DNA of 64,000 nucleotides. Source: Pelomyxa schiedti (lineage: Eukaryota > Protista > Evosea). The translations under genes and the position numbers were made by a program. The stretch covers positions 73,340 to 137,339 of the forward strand of contig JAHLWZ010000424.1 in assembly GCA_020536535.1 (NCBI GenBank), written 5' to 3'. Position 1 is the first letter of the stretch, and every line of letters begins with the position of its first letter. Shown piece by piece: positions 22,525 through 34,434 of this stretch. The notes under the pieces were generated by a model. That model ran no database searches, was not told the DNA's origin, and saw only the letters and a list, made by a program, of their open reading frames with translations.

Positions 22525-24345
22525 TCATGGGATTTGTGATTTGCGCCTCCAGTGGATACAAATGACTGGGATAATGAGCAGCCCGAGGAAGACAACGAGT
22601 TGAATGCAGTCATAGGAAAGAAACCCATTGTTGCTCCGAGCTACCATAGTCGCTAGTCCATACTGCGCACAGGTCACAGCACCAACTATCGTGTTGAGCA
22701 CTGCGTTGAGCATGCCGTAGTTCTTATATCCGAACCTTGGTGTAAAGTTAAGATACTCACTCATCAGAATTCTGAACAGCTGGATACGCACCACTTGAAG
22801 AAAATGGCACCGATTGATGACCAGAAGAGGGTCCGCCAGACGCTGAACAGTACAAACACCGCAATGAGGATGGCGATAGTGTCAACCTGTTCTATGGAGA
22901 AGCACATAAGAGAAAATGATACAGACACAATAAACGAGCCACAAAATCCCTGTACAAGTGAGAATTTGGATATTTGTTTAAGGGTACCTGAAAAAGGAAT
23001 GAATTATTGTACCAGCCAACAGGTAATGCCAGAGCAACTTGAAGTGAGGGAAATATAATCCCCCAAAGAGTCAGCGAAAGTGATTGATATTGAGAATCTA
23101 GTAGTTCTATCCTCATCCCAAGAGTACTGATAAAAGAACTGTGAATGGCGTTAATTTATATTGCCAGTGACTTACATTCAGAATACCTAAAAAATAGAGT
23201 ATTCAGTGATAAGGCAACAGTGATGGTAATGAACTGTTTTGAAGAAAAAAGTTCCCTCAAAGAACAGTCAATCAAAGTGTACCCTTTAGAAACTTTTGTG
23301 TCTGGGGTGGACCCATCAGGGTCTCCAGATTTGTCAAGTAGATTCGCTGCCTGGGAGTGTTAATGTTATCAGGTAGATTCATCGGAGGAAAATTGACCTG
23401 CACTTGAAGTTCCACGTTATTGGCTTTTGTGTGGTTTTCAGACTGCTTGGGCCAAAGAATTATGAATACCAGAACAAATAATGGTACAATGAGATAGCCA
23501 AGAAATATGAAACTTAGGGAAACTCCAGTGGCTTTGACAATCAGCTAAAAAGAGCTGAGGTTTAGCTGTTGAGAGAAGAAAAAAAAAACGCTTACAGAAA
23601 ACCAGAAGAATACTAGCGGCCCAGAATTACAGGATGCAACCCAAATGCTTACAACAGTAGGTTGGAGGCGACCATGGAAAAGACATGCACGGCTAAAAAA
23701 AGACAATCCCATAACATTGCCTCCGAACCCCATCAGAGAGTATCCAATCACCAATGCCCAGACTGCGGGAGGATTTATTTTCTGCCCATAGAGAAGAGGC
23801 TTCTTGTACGTGTTTCCAAAGATAGGGCAAAAATCACTGTTCCAATAATAAGCATCACTGTTCCAGTCAAGCACAACAACCTTGCCCCAATTTTATCGAG
23901 CAAAATACTACGAACTAGAAATTAGGTTGTTTGGCATAATTTAGGGAAAAAAGGAGGAAGGAAATCAACCCAGCAGGTAACGTTGAAGCCATAGAAGTAA
24001 AAGTTGCTACCGTGAAGACAAGATTGACGCGCAGTGACAACTGCGGTATTCCACATGATTCACTTTGTGCTGTCTCCGAAGTCTCAGAAGCAGAGCAGCT
24101 TCCACCCTCATAGAAGTAATACAGAAGAGGAGCAAGTGATGCCCACCCATATATTATTGCATTGCTGGTGGGTCACCGTTATTTATATGAGGCAACAAAA
24201 AAAAAAAAAAAAGATACCACAAGTGTATGAAAGTCGTGAGACATAGGAATACAACAAAGAGTTGTCCACGTCCTCGTATTTCAACACCGCCGTTTTTTTT
24301 CAAGGTTGCCCTGAAACCACGCAATCGCGCAGACACGCCTTCCAT
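22525..24345 (-). CDS. MFS transporter, SLC43/FMP42-like
   Basis: Spliced N-terminus ..NAIIYGWASLAPLL..C..QLSLRVNLVFTVATF..LPAG, multiple TM segments, and FFK|RFGYKNYGMLNAVLNTIVG near the C-terminus. Confidence 0.85.
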
Positions 24346-24553
24346 CTATCAAATCGGTGACAAAATTTTCTGAAACGGAAATCTTGATTTGAGATGGTGT
24401 ACACTTGGAACAATGTTTCATCAGTTCCAAAAGAATTGTACGAGATATGATGCATAGGGGTAGTGATAGGGCAAATACTGAGAAGTACCATTAGGGAGGT
24501 TGGTTTGGTGAGCTGGTAATGCATATAGATGGCAGTGAGATTGTCATCCCGCG

Positions 24554-26818
24554 TCATGAATCGGTTTTTGAGGAGCCTTTTGAGGGTGGAGAGTGAACTC
24601 TGCTTATGATTGCAGAAACTGCACTGGATGCATCTGATGCGGCCGTGGCAGCAGTGGATGGTACCTTGGACAGCCGGTTGACTATCACCTTGCCTCCCGC
24701 AACCAGTTGCCATGACAGCCTCGTTGGAGTGCTTGTGCTTGTGCTTGTGCTTGTGCTTGTGCTTGTGCTTGTGCTTGTGCTTGTGCTTGTGCTTGTGCTT
24801 GTGCTTGTGCTTGCGGAAACGGATGATGTTGGTGTGAGGGTTGATGTTAATGTTGGCTCTTGTTGTGTTATGATTTCGGTTGGTGTTGGACTTGGTTTGC
24901 TGGGGGTTTGTGGGGCTTCGGGTGAGGCTTCAGCTACTGCTGAATTTTGAGGATCGGGGCATGAATGGGGTTGTGGCGGTAGTTGTGACTGTGGCTGTGG
25001 TGTTTTCAAAAGTTCCTCTGGTTGCAAGAGGGAAATGTATGAAAGAGCGGTCTGAAATGTGATAAGAAGGTAACCCTGCTCGTCACATAGGTCTTCCTGC
25101 GGGAGGAAATGTTCAATGTATTTGGCACCTAGTTCTTTGAGTGGATATCGAAGTTGTGGTTTCCATACAACTGGCAGCGTGGATAATGCCTGATTTGAGA
25201 AGGACATAAGAAAATAAGGGCAAGAAATCATCAGCACCTCTATAAGGTTGAGGGATGCAGGAGTAGGGGAGCAGGGTACATTTCCAGTGATGGGCGAGGA
25301 GTCCGAGAACTCCAGAAATCGCTTATACAGTGAGAAATACTCTTTCCAACTGTTATTAGACATTGGACTTTCTCCCAAGGGGTCTTACAAGACTCTATTT
25401 GTTGCGCTTCTATAGGGAGGTTAAGTATTTGGTATCAAATCACAAGTATTGCAAATGTTCTGGATTAACACTGACCTTGAATTGCCCGACAATAGGGGAC
25501 TAAGGCAAAGTGCATTCGCCCCTTTGTACGAGTGAGTGTGAGCACATTTAAAAAAAAACGTACTTCACTTAAATGAAACTGAGAGGGAATGTTAAAGTGC
25601 GCGGGTGTGATAGATTTGAACAATTTCACTTGTTTCATAAAGTGGTTATCTTCTTCCACATACTACAATGGTTAATCAGTGATGAAACGAGATTCATGTA
25701 CTTTGGCACAGTAGCGCGGCCACAAAGTGTCATGCAGGCGATAAAAAATTAGTTCTAACATCGCGCGCTCGACGAATTCTGGGCATGTTGAGTTCAGTGC
25801 ACTGTACAAGCCAGATAGAGCAAGTTGCGCCATGTGAGCTTTTTTTTGGAAATGTGAAAAACTGTGTCCCTGTAGAAGAGAGACTTGCCACAAGAAGCAG
25901 ATACAAGGTCAGAGATAGTTGCCGCGTTTTCTACAATGTCAGTGCTAACTGTTGCTGCAACGGACACAGATAACTGCGCCAAAGAGGCGGTAAGGGGAGA
26001 GAAAAGAGGGTGTTTCTTATTCCTTGTAGTGCTAAGTAAAATATGTGGTGAATATACACATACTGCAAAATTTGTTCAAAGTGATGGATGAAGTCAGATA
26101 AGTTAGGAGGGGAATCCTTGGCACATTTTACCCAACTTCGACTCCAGTCTTGCGCCTGTGAATTTAAGATACCAAAATCAGATTTGGTGACACACCTCCT
26201 TTTCTTCTTTGAACTTTTGCACTTTTTCATGAAGAATTTGAAAGTCATTTCGAATTTCCTATCAGGATCTAATTACATAATACAGAAGAGAAGGAATCTT
26301 ACTGTCCGAAGATTTGGGAGATGTATTTTCGATAATCTCTTGTAGGCATTATATTTTGTTTCATCAGGCTCCGCGATGGTGGCCCCTTTCCTAGTTCCAG
26401 GAGCCAGGGAAGAGAGTCTATGCGCAAGTGGTAATGTTGTCAATTTCTTGGCTGTAGTGTTACAGCGTCCTGCAAATCCTGACAACGCCGCAGATACTCC
26501 CGATAATCTCCCATTGTGGGTTTCCACAGCAGGACATGTGGGCGTTGCTGTGATTTGCGTCGAAGTAGTTGTAGGTGTGTCAATTGATGTCTCAGAAGTT
26601 AATATTGTTGACAGTGCTTCAGCAGTGGCGTTGCATGTAGATGTCAATTGGAAAACCGAATCATTTGTGTAATCTTCATAAACAATAAATGGAGACTCGT
26701 AAGTCGAAGCCATTCCATTAATGGAGTAACTTTCTGTTTTATTTGGATTGGTGTTAATGTGTGTCGGTAATATCTTGATTAGAACCGCACATATTAAACA
26801 AAATACTAAAGAAACCAT
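24554..26818 (-). CDS. VPS9-domain (Rab5-family GEF) protein; start uncertain
   Basis: EFVERAMLELIFYRLHDTLW, KSITPAHFNIP, AKYIEHFLPQEDLCDEQGYLLITFQTALSYI are VPS9 hallmarks; S/T-rich tail. Confidence 0.8.
24729..24812 (+). repeat. (GTGCTT)14 microsatellite, encoding a poly-(Ser-Thr) tract in the VPS9 gene
   Basis: Perfect 6-nt tandem repeat, 84 nt. Confidence 0.95.
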
Positions 26819-27175
26819 TGGTACTATCTGCAGGAGTTACAACTGATGATTTCTTTGTATTAGTTTCCTCAATGTGTACCGTTCTGTGCCAAAATAACCA
26901 TTATTTGAAGAAAAGACCAAGTTGGCGTGCACACGGTGCGTCAATTGGGATCTCCGCGTGGTTTGGTGAACACTATAAAAATAAAAAGATAAGGCGGTGT
27001 TTGTTGCTTTCCCCTGGCGAAGGGAAACATAAGATGAGAAATACAACAACGCGCACCATGTGGTGATTACACGTGGCTCAGACTCTGGCCAAAAAGGCCG
27101 TTCAGTAATTTCAACGACTTCAACGCAACTTGAAAAAAGTGATTGCCAATCACTTTTAGCCGAATTTTTTCTCTG

Positions 27176-28406
27176 ATGATTGGGGCTTTGGCGTGCGGCG
27201 CCGTGCTGCCCGCGGGTGGAGTTTTGGGTCCGTGCTATTATGGTTGTAGCACCCATAAGTGGGTTCATCGTCGGTGCCTCGCCAACGGGTCACACGAGGT
27301 TGGTCCTCGCACTGAGCGTCGCCGTCGTCGGGTCGTGTTGGATTTGGATCTGGTGGCGCCTGGGGAGGCGCGAAATATACAGGGAATTCCGCCCGAGTGG
27401 CGGGTGGCGACTTTGCCCAACTTGATGACTGGGATAAGAGCCGCGTGCTGCTACCCGCTTGCCAGGTGCATTATGGGACGGCGGTATGCTGCTGCAACTG
27501 CTATTCTCGGGGCTGCTGCGGCCCTCGATGTGGTGCGTTTTGTAGCGGCGTTATTTGTGAAGCAATTCTCACTTATGGGTTGTAACGGCATCTGATTCTT
27601 TTGTAAGGCAGATGGATTTGTGGCTCGTCATTTTCACCAAACGAGTGCAATTGGCTCAATTATGGACCCACTGTATGCTATTTATGGATTACTCTACTCT
27701 ACTCTACTCTACTCTACTCTACTCTACTCTACTCTACTCTACTCTACTCTACTCTACTCTACTCTACTCTACTCTACTCTACTCTACTCTACTCTACTCT
27801 ACTCTACTCTACTTTACTTGTGTTTTGCTTTTATGATATAGCTTCTTACCTGAAAACCAGAGCTGACAAAATGCTTATGGTAACAACTGCCTTTTGCTTG
27901 TCAAGGAACAATATATTCCCAAGTCTGTCATTCTATGTTGGTCTCAAAGAGATGCTCTGACGTGGTTATTAGAGAAACTCACTGCGCTCATTGCAGCACG
28001 AGAAGTATCTCTCATATGTGGTGGTGCATTATTAGGGTTGAGGAAAGCAAGGTCCTGCAGACAGGGAACCCCTTTGCAACGCCAAGTCATCCGCATCAGG
28101 CCAAGCTGGACTGGAAAGGTAATTTCTCACATACAAAAACCACCCAACTGGTTACTTCTGTTAACAAAGAACAGTTGAGCATGGCACTCCAAGTGCTATT
28201 GGGGACTTCAACTTTGATTTCTCAAGCGGCTCCTACCTCTGGTTTAAGACAATACCTTACAAGGTGCTTGCCATTATTAAGGTACTTGTTCACTTCAGAA
28301 AAACCGAAACGGTAATTTCACAACCAGGCTTATGACTGGTGGCAGTGTTCTTTTGAGCTTTGCGGAGTACTCCAAATTCTTTGTGCAAGAATTACTGGAG
28401 ATTTAA
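27176..28406 (+). CDS. CDP-alcohol phosphatidyltransferase, cardiolipin synthase (CMP-forming)/PGP synthase-like
   Basis: TLPNLMTGIR, LDV|ADGFVARHFHQTSAIGSIMDPL|ADKML (DGxxAR..GxxxDP motif), IAAREVSLICGG; ends at TAA 28404-28406. Confidence 0.88.
27691..27810 (+). repeat. (ACTCT)24 microsatellite inside an intron
   Basis: Perfect pentamer array, 120 nt, between the donor gtatgc (~27673) and the acceptor (~27850). Confidence 0.97.
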
Positions 28407-28466
28407 TCGGACAAAACATACTTCCGTTTTTCGCTTCAAACCAACAGTACTGTGTGTCTTGACAAG

Positions 28467-29541
28467 TTAAAATTTTTGTTTGTTTTGCAAGTGTTTCTGG
28501 AGCACATGATCACGAAGGATCAATTTCATGAAGAAGCATGGTGAAAGAGAACGTTTCTGTGAAACACTTGCCAATGGGATCCAGACGAGATCACTGGACT
28601 TACAGTGTTCTGGTAATTCATTCCCACTTGCAACAAGTTGCGTATACTGGGTGTCTATGTCGATATCGTGATTCATTTCATACAAGAACATTGCATATCT
28701 GCAGGGAGAGTCCATTTGCGAATCCAAGTGAGAGCTGAGAACACAAACCTGGCAGCACCAATCCAATAAACTTCTGTGTGGCTCTTAATAGTTCTGTACA
28801 TCTGCAGCACTATTCCTTCTGGCAACACTCTGCCAGTTTCTTCATGGAATTCCCTCACTGTCGGAGTTTAAGTGGAAGTGGCAAGGGAGCAATTTCTCCA
28901 ACCTGCAGTATGTACCACATTAGCATCTGCTTCAGAAACTTTTCCTCCAATAAAGTTCATTTCCATCTTACCGCCTGATTTCCTCTTTTCCACACAGACC
29001 ACTGCGACTTGTTAACACCCAACCATAACAAAGGTAAAATTTATTTACATGATTAAGCATATTAGTGAGTTATAAGGTTTTTTTCCCGTTCTGGACCACC
29101 ATGCTATTTTATTTTAATGCCCACACTTGTAAAAATAGTATAAAAATCAAATAAAAGAAACACACAGCACACTACTTTTCCAGTTGAGGGATCAATCCTC
29201 CATGGCAAAACTCCAGCAGCCTTGCACTCCCATAATTCCCTCTCCCCCAGTTCACTTGCCAAGTACTTCGCCCCTCCCTCGCCACCAGGCTCATCGCCGT
29301 TTGGGGCGCGGCTGAACGCGACCAACTTGGACTCCCAGTGGGGCACCACCACGTGCAAAAGGTGGCACGCATCGGCTGAAGGGCACGACCCGTCGAGGTA
29401 ACCCGAGCACACCTTAGGCGGCGGGGCCACCGGCTCCGCCTTATGGGATGCACCCTTTTTGTTCCCACAATGTTTGCCCCTGCTGAGACCGCACGACGAC
29501 GGCAACAAAGCGTAGTACTCAACGAGTCTGCCCCAGTCCAT
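28467..29541 (-). CDS. CCCH zinc finger + Nudix hydrolase
   Basis: CSGYLDGSCPSADACHLLH (C-x7-C-x5-C-x3-H); KAAGVLP; spliced Nudix box GGKVSEADANVVHTAVREFHEETG. Confidence 0.85.
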
Positions 29542-29639
29542 AAAGTTAAAAAAAACGAACAGGAATTCCGTTACGCGAAAGCCATTTTTATACACTTGGG
29601 TAAAGTCGAGCGTGGTGTGGCTGAATACGATGCGTGATA

Positions 29640-31418
29640 TTAGACTGCCGAGAATGAAGACAAGTACTTCCAGATGTCGGCGGAACGTTCGGGCACGGCT
29701 GAGTGCGATTGGTCCGGAAGTTCAACGTACGTGACTGGCCAGCCACATTTCTCCAGGTCCTCTTTAGTCTTGAGGCACTTTCTCAGATTGACATCTAATG
29801 GGAAATGTTATGTTGTGTTGGATGGCTTATTAACCCCTCGACACACAGGTAGAGTAATACCTTGGGTGCCGGAAATGAGCAGAGTGGGAGTTTTGTGTGC
29901 CGCGTTGGTTAACTTTTGGTTCCACTGGGGTCCGCAGTGATTCCACTCTGGTGCTGGGTGGCCCCATATATGACATTTGCGTCCTCCCATTATGTTACAT
30001 ACAGCAGCAAACCGATTGGAATGCAATACAAGTTCGGAAACAAACATTCCTCCTGTAGACCACCCTAGAGGCTATCAATCAATTGGTAGTAAAAATTGGA
30101 GTGTGAGATATTGCTCAATAAAGAATAAAGAAATAGAATGGTTGTGGGTTTGTAATACCGCATGCATATATCCTTTGGGGATCCACGGAATACTGATCAA
30201 TGATGGCATCCAGCACAGTATCTACATACTCAATATCTGGCAGTAAAATGATTAGTAAGAACACGTGGGCAAAACATTCCTACCTTCTGCTGGTTTCCAA
30301 TTTGCCTGAATATCCGAGTTGTGCAGTTTTAGCGGGTCCACAAGCAAGTGCTGTGACTTGCACAACACGGTAACAAATCCATTCAAAGACGAAGTAGTCT
30401 GCCATGCTTCTACGTTATCCCAGAGTGCAGAGTGCAGAGGGTTCCTAGTGCCAATTAAGTCCCAATGCGCTGGCAATGGCTAGACTCACAGTTCGTTGTT
30501 AGCATGAAACAACAGAACAGCAGGCCTCAGTGTCTCGCTGCGTTTTTCCTCTTCGGTTCTTCCTTTAACAAAATGGCATGAGATACGGAAATGGTTGCGC
30601 GTTGCCAGGAATTAGACGTCGGTACAGTACCGTAAGTTGGCCTGTCCAGAGGTCTCGGCACAAACACAAAGAATTCACGGTTTCCACTTGGAGAAATGCA
30701 CCAGCGGCACACAGCCCTCATCATCCTACGTAATCCTGAAGGGGTCCTGCTCAACAAGGCCAATTTTGCACAACATAATGCAGTGAGCCTCCACACTATC
30801 CCAGTCGCACGTGAAATGACAAGGTCGAAAGCAAGTGAGGCCACCAACGATGCAACTAGAGCCACAATGCCGAAAATGTATCCCATAATTCTCCTCAGTC
30901 TGCCGGGGTAGTGCCGCACCAGCCTCGCCCTCCTGCAGGCACCAAACCTGTGGCTAAACACAATGCCCAGAGGATACTGCCATGTCCCATAATGACCTGC
31001 GGTTTCGACCGTGTCAGAGACGGGGGAAAAAAACGAAGCACCAACGAACCTATGGTTGCAAACGATCGCCTTTGTTGTGGAGAAAAAACACCATTGTTTG
31101 GGCTTCTCATGTTCAGCGACAGCATCAAGGAAACCCACTTAGCTTAGAAAATGATTTTGAACTGATGGGACGACCCTTCGAGGGGTCAAGAAAGGCCATC
31201 AATGTGCAAGAGAATTCCCTGTGGGTTTCCAGAGTGGAAACAAACGTCCTGAAGGGCCCCAATTCTGGGAGTGCAGGTTTCGTTTTTAAAGCAATTTTGG
31301 GCCCAAAATTTGCACCCTCTTCGATGAACCTGTCGTGAATTGCAAACAGAAGCGATGGAAGCCATTCCCGGGAACTGCTGTCACTCTGTCGATTTTTAAA
31401 GGGTCGGAAGTTCGCCAC
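29640..31418 (-). CDS. Alpha/beta hydrolase (LpqC/PHB-depolymerase-like esterase) fused to an unknown N-terminal region; start uncertain
   Basis: Spliced reading: REFFVFVP..RPAVLLFH, NGFVTVL, DIEYVDTVLDAIIDQYSVDPQRIYACGWSTGG (GxSxG), LLISGTQD, VELPDQSH. The Ser-Asp-His triad is intact; stop TAA at 29640-29642. Confidence 0.8.
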
Positions 31419-31443
31419 CCATCATTTCTCGATAAAGAATCGA

Positions 31444-33006
31444 TTGATGTCGTGGCTTGTTCAGCGCATCAATTCCGCCATCTTTCCACCACCGTCGGTA
31501 ACGAGTACAGCAGCCGGGCCATGCGGCGCCCCCTCAGATCTACGCGACCCAGCGAAGATCCTCGGTGTGGATCTCTTGGTTCTCATTCTGCGGTTTCTGG
31601 ACCGTGACTCGCTTGTGTGCGCCACTGCGGTTTCAAGGACTTGGCACACTTGTTTTCTAGTTCCTACTGACGCACTTACGCCCAGAATAACGATTCCTAC
31701 TCTTGCAGTATGGTACGAACTTGTTGCTTTACTTAGAGCTCTTATATTATGCCACAAAGTAAACCTGAACTCGCTGCCGTGGAAGGGCCCTTTACGGAGC
31801 CGAATGGCGCACAAATTGCTCGCACGTTAGCTGCGGCTGACCAGTGGCGTGTTTGGATAAGGGATGTATTCAAGGATGGCCGCGGCTCTTCCCTTACACC
31901 CAAGCAAACTGGTACTTGCGCCTTCTCTCATAAAAGGACAACAAGTTAAGTTCAACAGAAATTATCAGTGAGGCGTGTTATTCTGGGATACCAATGTGTA
32001 TACGCTATCGTGCATGGCCTGTGATAAGCGGCGCCTACTCGTCGGCAGGGTACACTTCGTCTTTTTACCAGGCAAGTATTCCTGAGCTTCCTCTTCCCTT
32101 ATGCAACTATCAGAATCTCGATGTTGCGCAATGCCCCGCTGAGCAGAGACATTATCTTGACCTCGACGGACCTCGCCTTGTTTATGATGACGAACAAGGA
32201 ATGGAGATCTGGAAGTCCATTCTTAGTCACTACATAGTTGCAAATCCTGCTGAAGGCTATTCTTGTTGTGGGCCTGGCCCAATTACAGCATTTTTACTTC
32301 AATTTCTGGAAGAGGAGGTAAGGCAACCGCCTTAACTGCCTATTAACCCACCACAACAAGCCTTGCTTTTGGGTGCTCACAGAGTTAAAGCATGGCCCAA
32401 AATTCTGTTGATAACACTTCAATATCCCACTGCTAACCAAAAAAAAAAAAAAACAGCTTCAGCTGACGGCTTATGTACGGATAAAGATAGGCTTGGACAG
32501 TCAGCAGAGTTGATATCTTTCATTATCTCCTCTCTCGATAAAGCACTGTACAACCGTTTGGTACCAATTTAGAAACACAAGTAGCATACAGTAATCAAAC
32601 TACAGGAGGAGTCCGGTTTCCACTTCTCACTTGTGGCCTCCTGGTTGGCACCTCACATTCACTACCCATTGACCAATCCATTTTAGGATTGCTACCCTAG
32701 GAACAAGGACGTTGGCTCGCCGATGTTGCGCCCGATTCTTTGACTGCCTACTTCTCTTTGGGCTTGACTTCTTCTACACCGCAGCGTTTGCAGTTTTCCA
32801 AATAAAGAGAGGTATGTTCTCTTACTGACCTCCAGTTGCTGATGTGTTTCATAGATGAAGTATTTGCATGTACAACATGGGAAACCATTGTCACTATTTT
32901 CATGAGGAATCCCGTAGTAACTGATTCACAACAAGATGAATTCATGGCCATGTGCAAAAAGCACAGAGGCGCAGTGCAAAAAATTGTACAATCACGAAAG
33001 CACTGA
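31444..33006 (+). CDS. F-box + TBC (Rab-GAP-like) domain protein
   Basis: F-box: ILGVDLLVLILRFLDRDSLVCATAVSRTW. TBC-like: RYRAWPVISGA, LDLDGPR, ILSHYIVANPAEGY, LDKALYNRL, SWIATL, RFFDCLLLFGLDFFYTAAFAVF. Stop TGA at 33004-33006. Confidence 0.8.
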
Positions 33007-33062
33007 GGCAAAAGGGGAAAAATTCACAATAAACTTTTTTTAGAAACAAAAACAAAACCTTC

Positions 33063-34170
33063 TTAACAACATCCATCCTTCTCTGCTGGGGCTGTGTTGG
33101 AGCCAATTACAATTCCGCCGTCGTCACCAGGATCTTCCACTTGTGAAGCTTGTTTTAGTGCTTGTCTGGATTGTTGAGTACAAATGGTCAGTGGAATCCC
33201 GAAAAAGTGTTACTTGTAAAGTAGGTAAAATACCCTAGAAGGAGCATCGAGGCGTCATCAATTCCGCGAGGGACTTTGGCTGATGTTGGTCTCCTAAATT
33301 CCAGGATTAGGAAGAAGACAATAAGAAAAGTGCTATACCATCCAACAAAGTGATACTCATTGACGTATTGATCAAGTTCTTCTTTTGTCACACAGTAAGT
33401 CTTTTCCCACACATCACTATCACACTACAAAATTAGTCAGATTGGGCTTTTGGGTTCTATGGGTACCTTATTGGCAATTAATACAACAGGAATAGGTGCT
33501 CCATCAGGACCCAGAACCTAACTCGCAATTAAATTAATGAAAAAAAAGAAAATCCTCGAACTTTTGAGTCAATATCTTCTTTCCAGTTTTTGACTGTGGT
33601 GAATGTGCCAAGTCTTGTTATGTCGAAACTTACGAAGCGTCAAAAGGAAACAAAAAACCCAAGTACTTACACAATAAAGGCGGCAGAAGCTTCCTTATAA
33701 TAAACCCGAGTCATATTTCCAAATCTTTCTTGTCCTACATAAATGTTAAGACCGAACTGAAGACACAACACTACGCGAAACCTGCAATGTCCCAGAGCTG
33801 AAGAGGGATTAGTTGTACAAAAAAAAAAATGTTAAGAGAACATACTTGCAGTCTCACAAGCGTCTCAGCGTCCCATTTCAGAACTTTTAAAGAAAAGTCG
33901 ACTCCAACCTGTCACGTGTGAGCACAACATTAAAAAGAACGCTAAACAACTCACAGTTGTTTTATATTGATCGCTGAAGCAATCATAAACTGTAAAAAAC
34001 AAATGGTGAGCAAGAGAGATGCCAAGCAAAACATGCTGATTTTTTTCTCACTGACCGTATCGACTAATGATGCTAGTTTTTCCAGTGCCCATGTCGCCAA
34101 CAACGAGCACCTTTAGAAGGTGTTCGGTCATCTTGGGCCCGGATTCCGCTGCTGCGGTACTACTGGCCAT
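33063..34170 (-). CDS. RAB32: Rab32/38-family small GTPase
   Basis: EHLLKVLVVGDMGTGKTSIISRY, IGVDFSLKVLKWD..LVRLQ, QERFGNMTRVYYKEA, PIPVVLIANK; C-terminal CC prenylation motif. Confidence 0.93.
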
Positions 34171-34434
34171 TATCCACAATTCAATCACGATTTTCGAAAT
34201 TCGTTTCTTTTATTTTCCCCCCTTTTTTCTTTTTCGTCTCCCTTTTCGCGATAGATCGTAGGACTTTTCTTCAACTTTACTCGGCGAATGACCAATCTGA
34301 CAAAATAAAGGTGGCACTTGGAACAAACACGACTTGTAGAAAATAGAAGTTTATGTCTCGTGAGGCTTGGGTATTAGTATACTATTCGACGCAGGAAAGC
34401 TTAGAAAAATCTTCATATCTCCATGTACATATGC

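Noticed and set aside
24554-26818. VPS9 protein as VARP, the Rab32 effector
   Set aside because: No ankyrin repeats are visible.
26837-27268. VPS9 first exon overlapping the 5' end of the CDP-alcohol transferase on the opposite strand
   Set aside because: I could not join this ORF unambiguously to the VPS9 exons, and a downstream ATG (~26718) suffices. Needs RNA-seq.
27691-27810. Tandem array as CRISPR or telomere-like repeat
   Set aside because: No spacers, located in an intron, and a simple pentamer microsatellite in a eukaryotic gene.
29674-30246. Plus-strand ORFs suggesting a separate small gene
   Set aside because: They are the antisense of the esterase exons, which carry a full catalytic triad.
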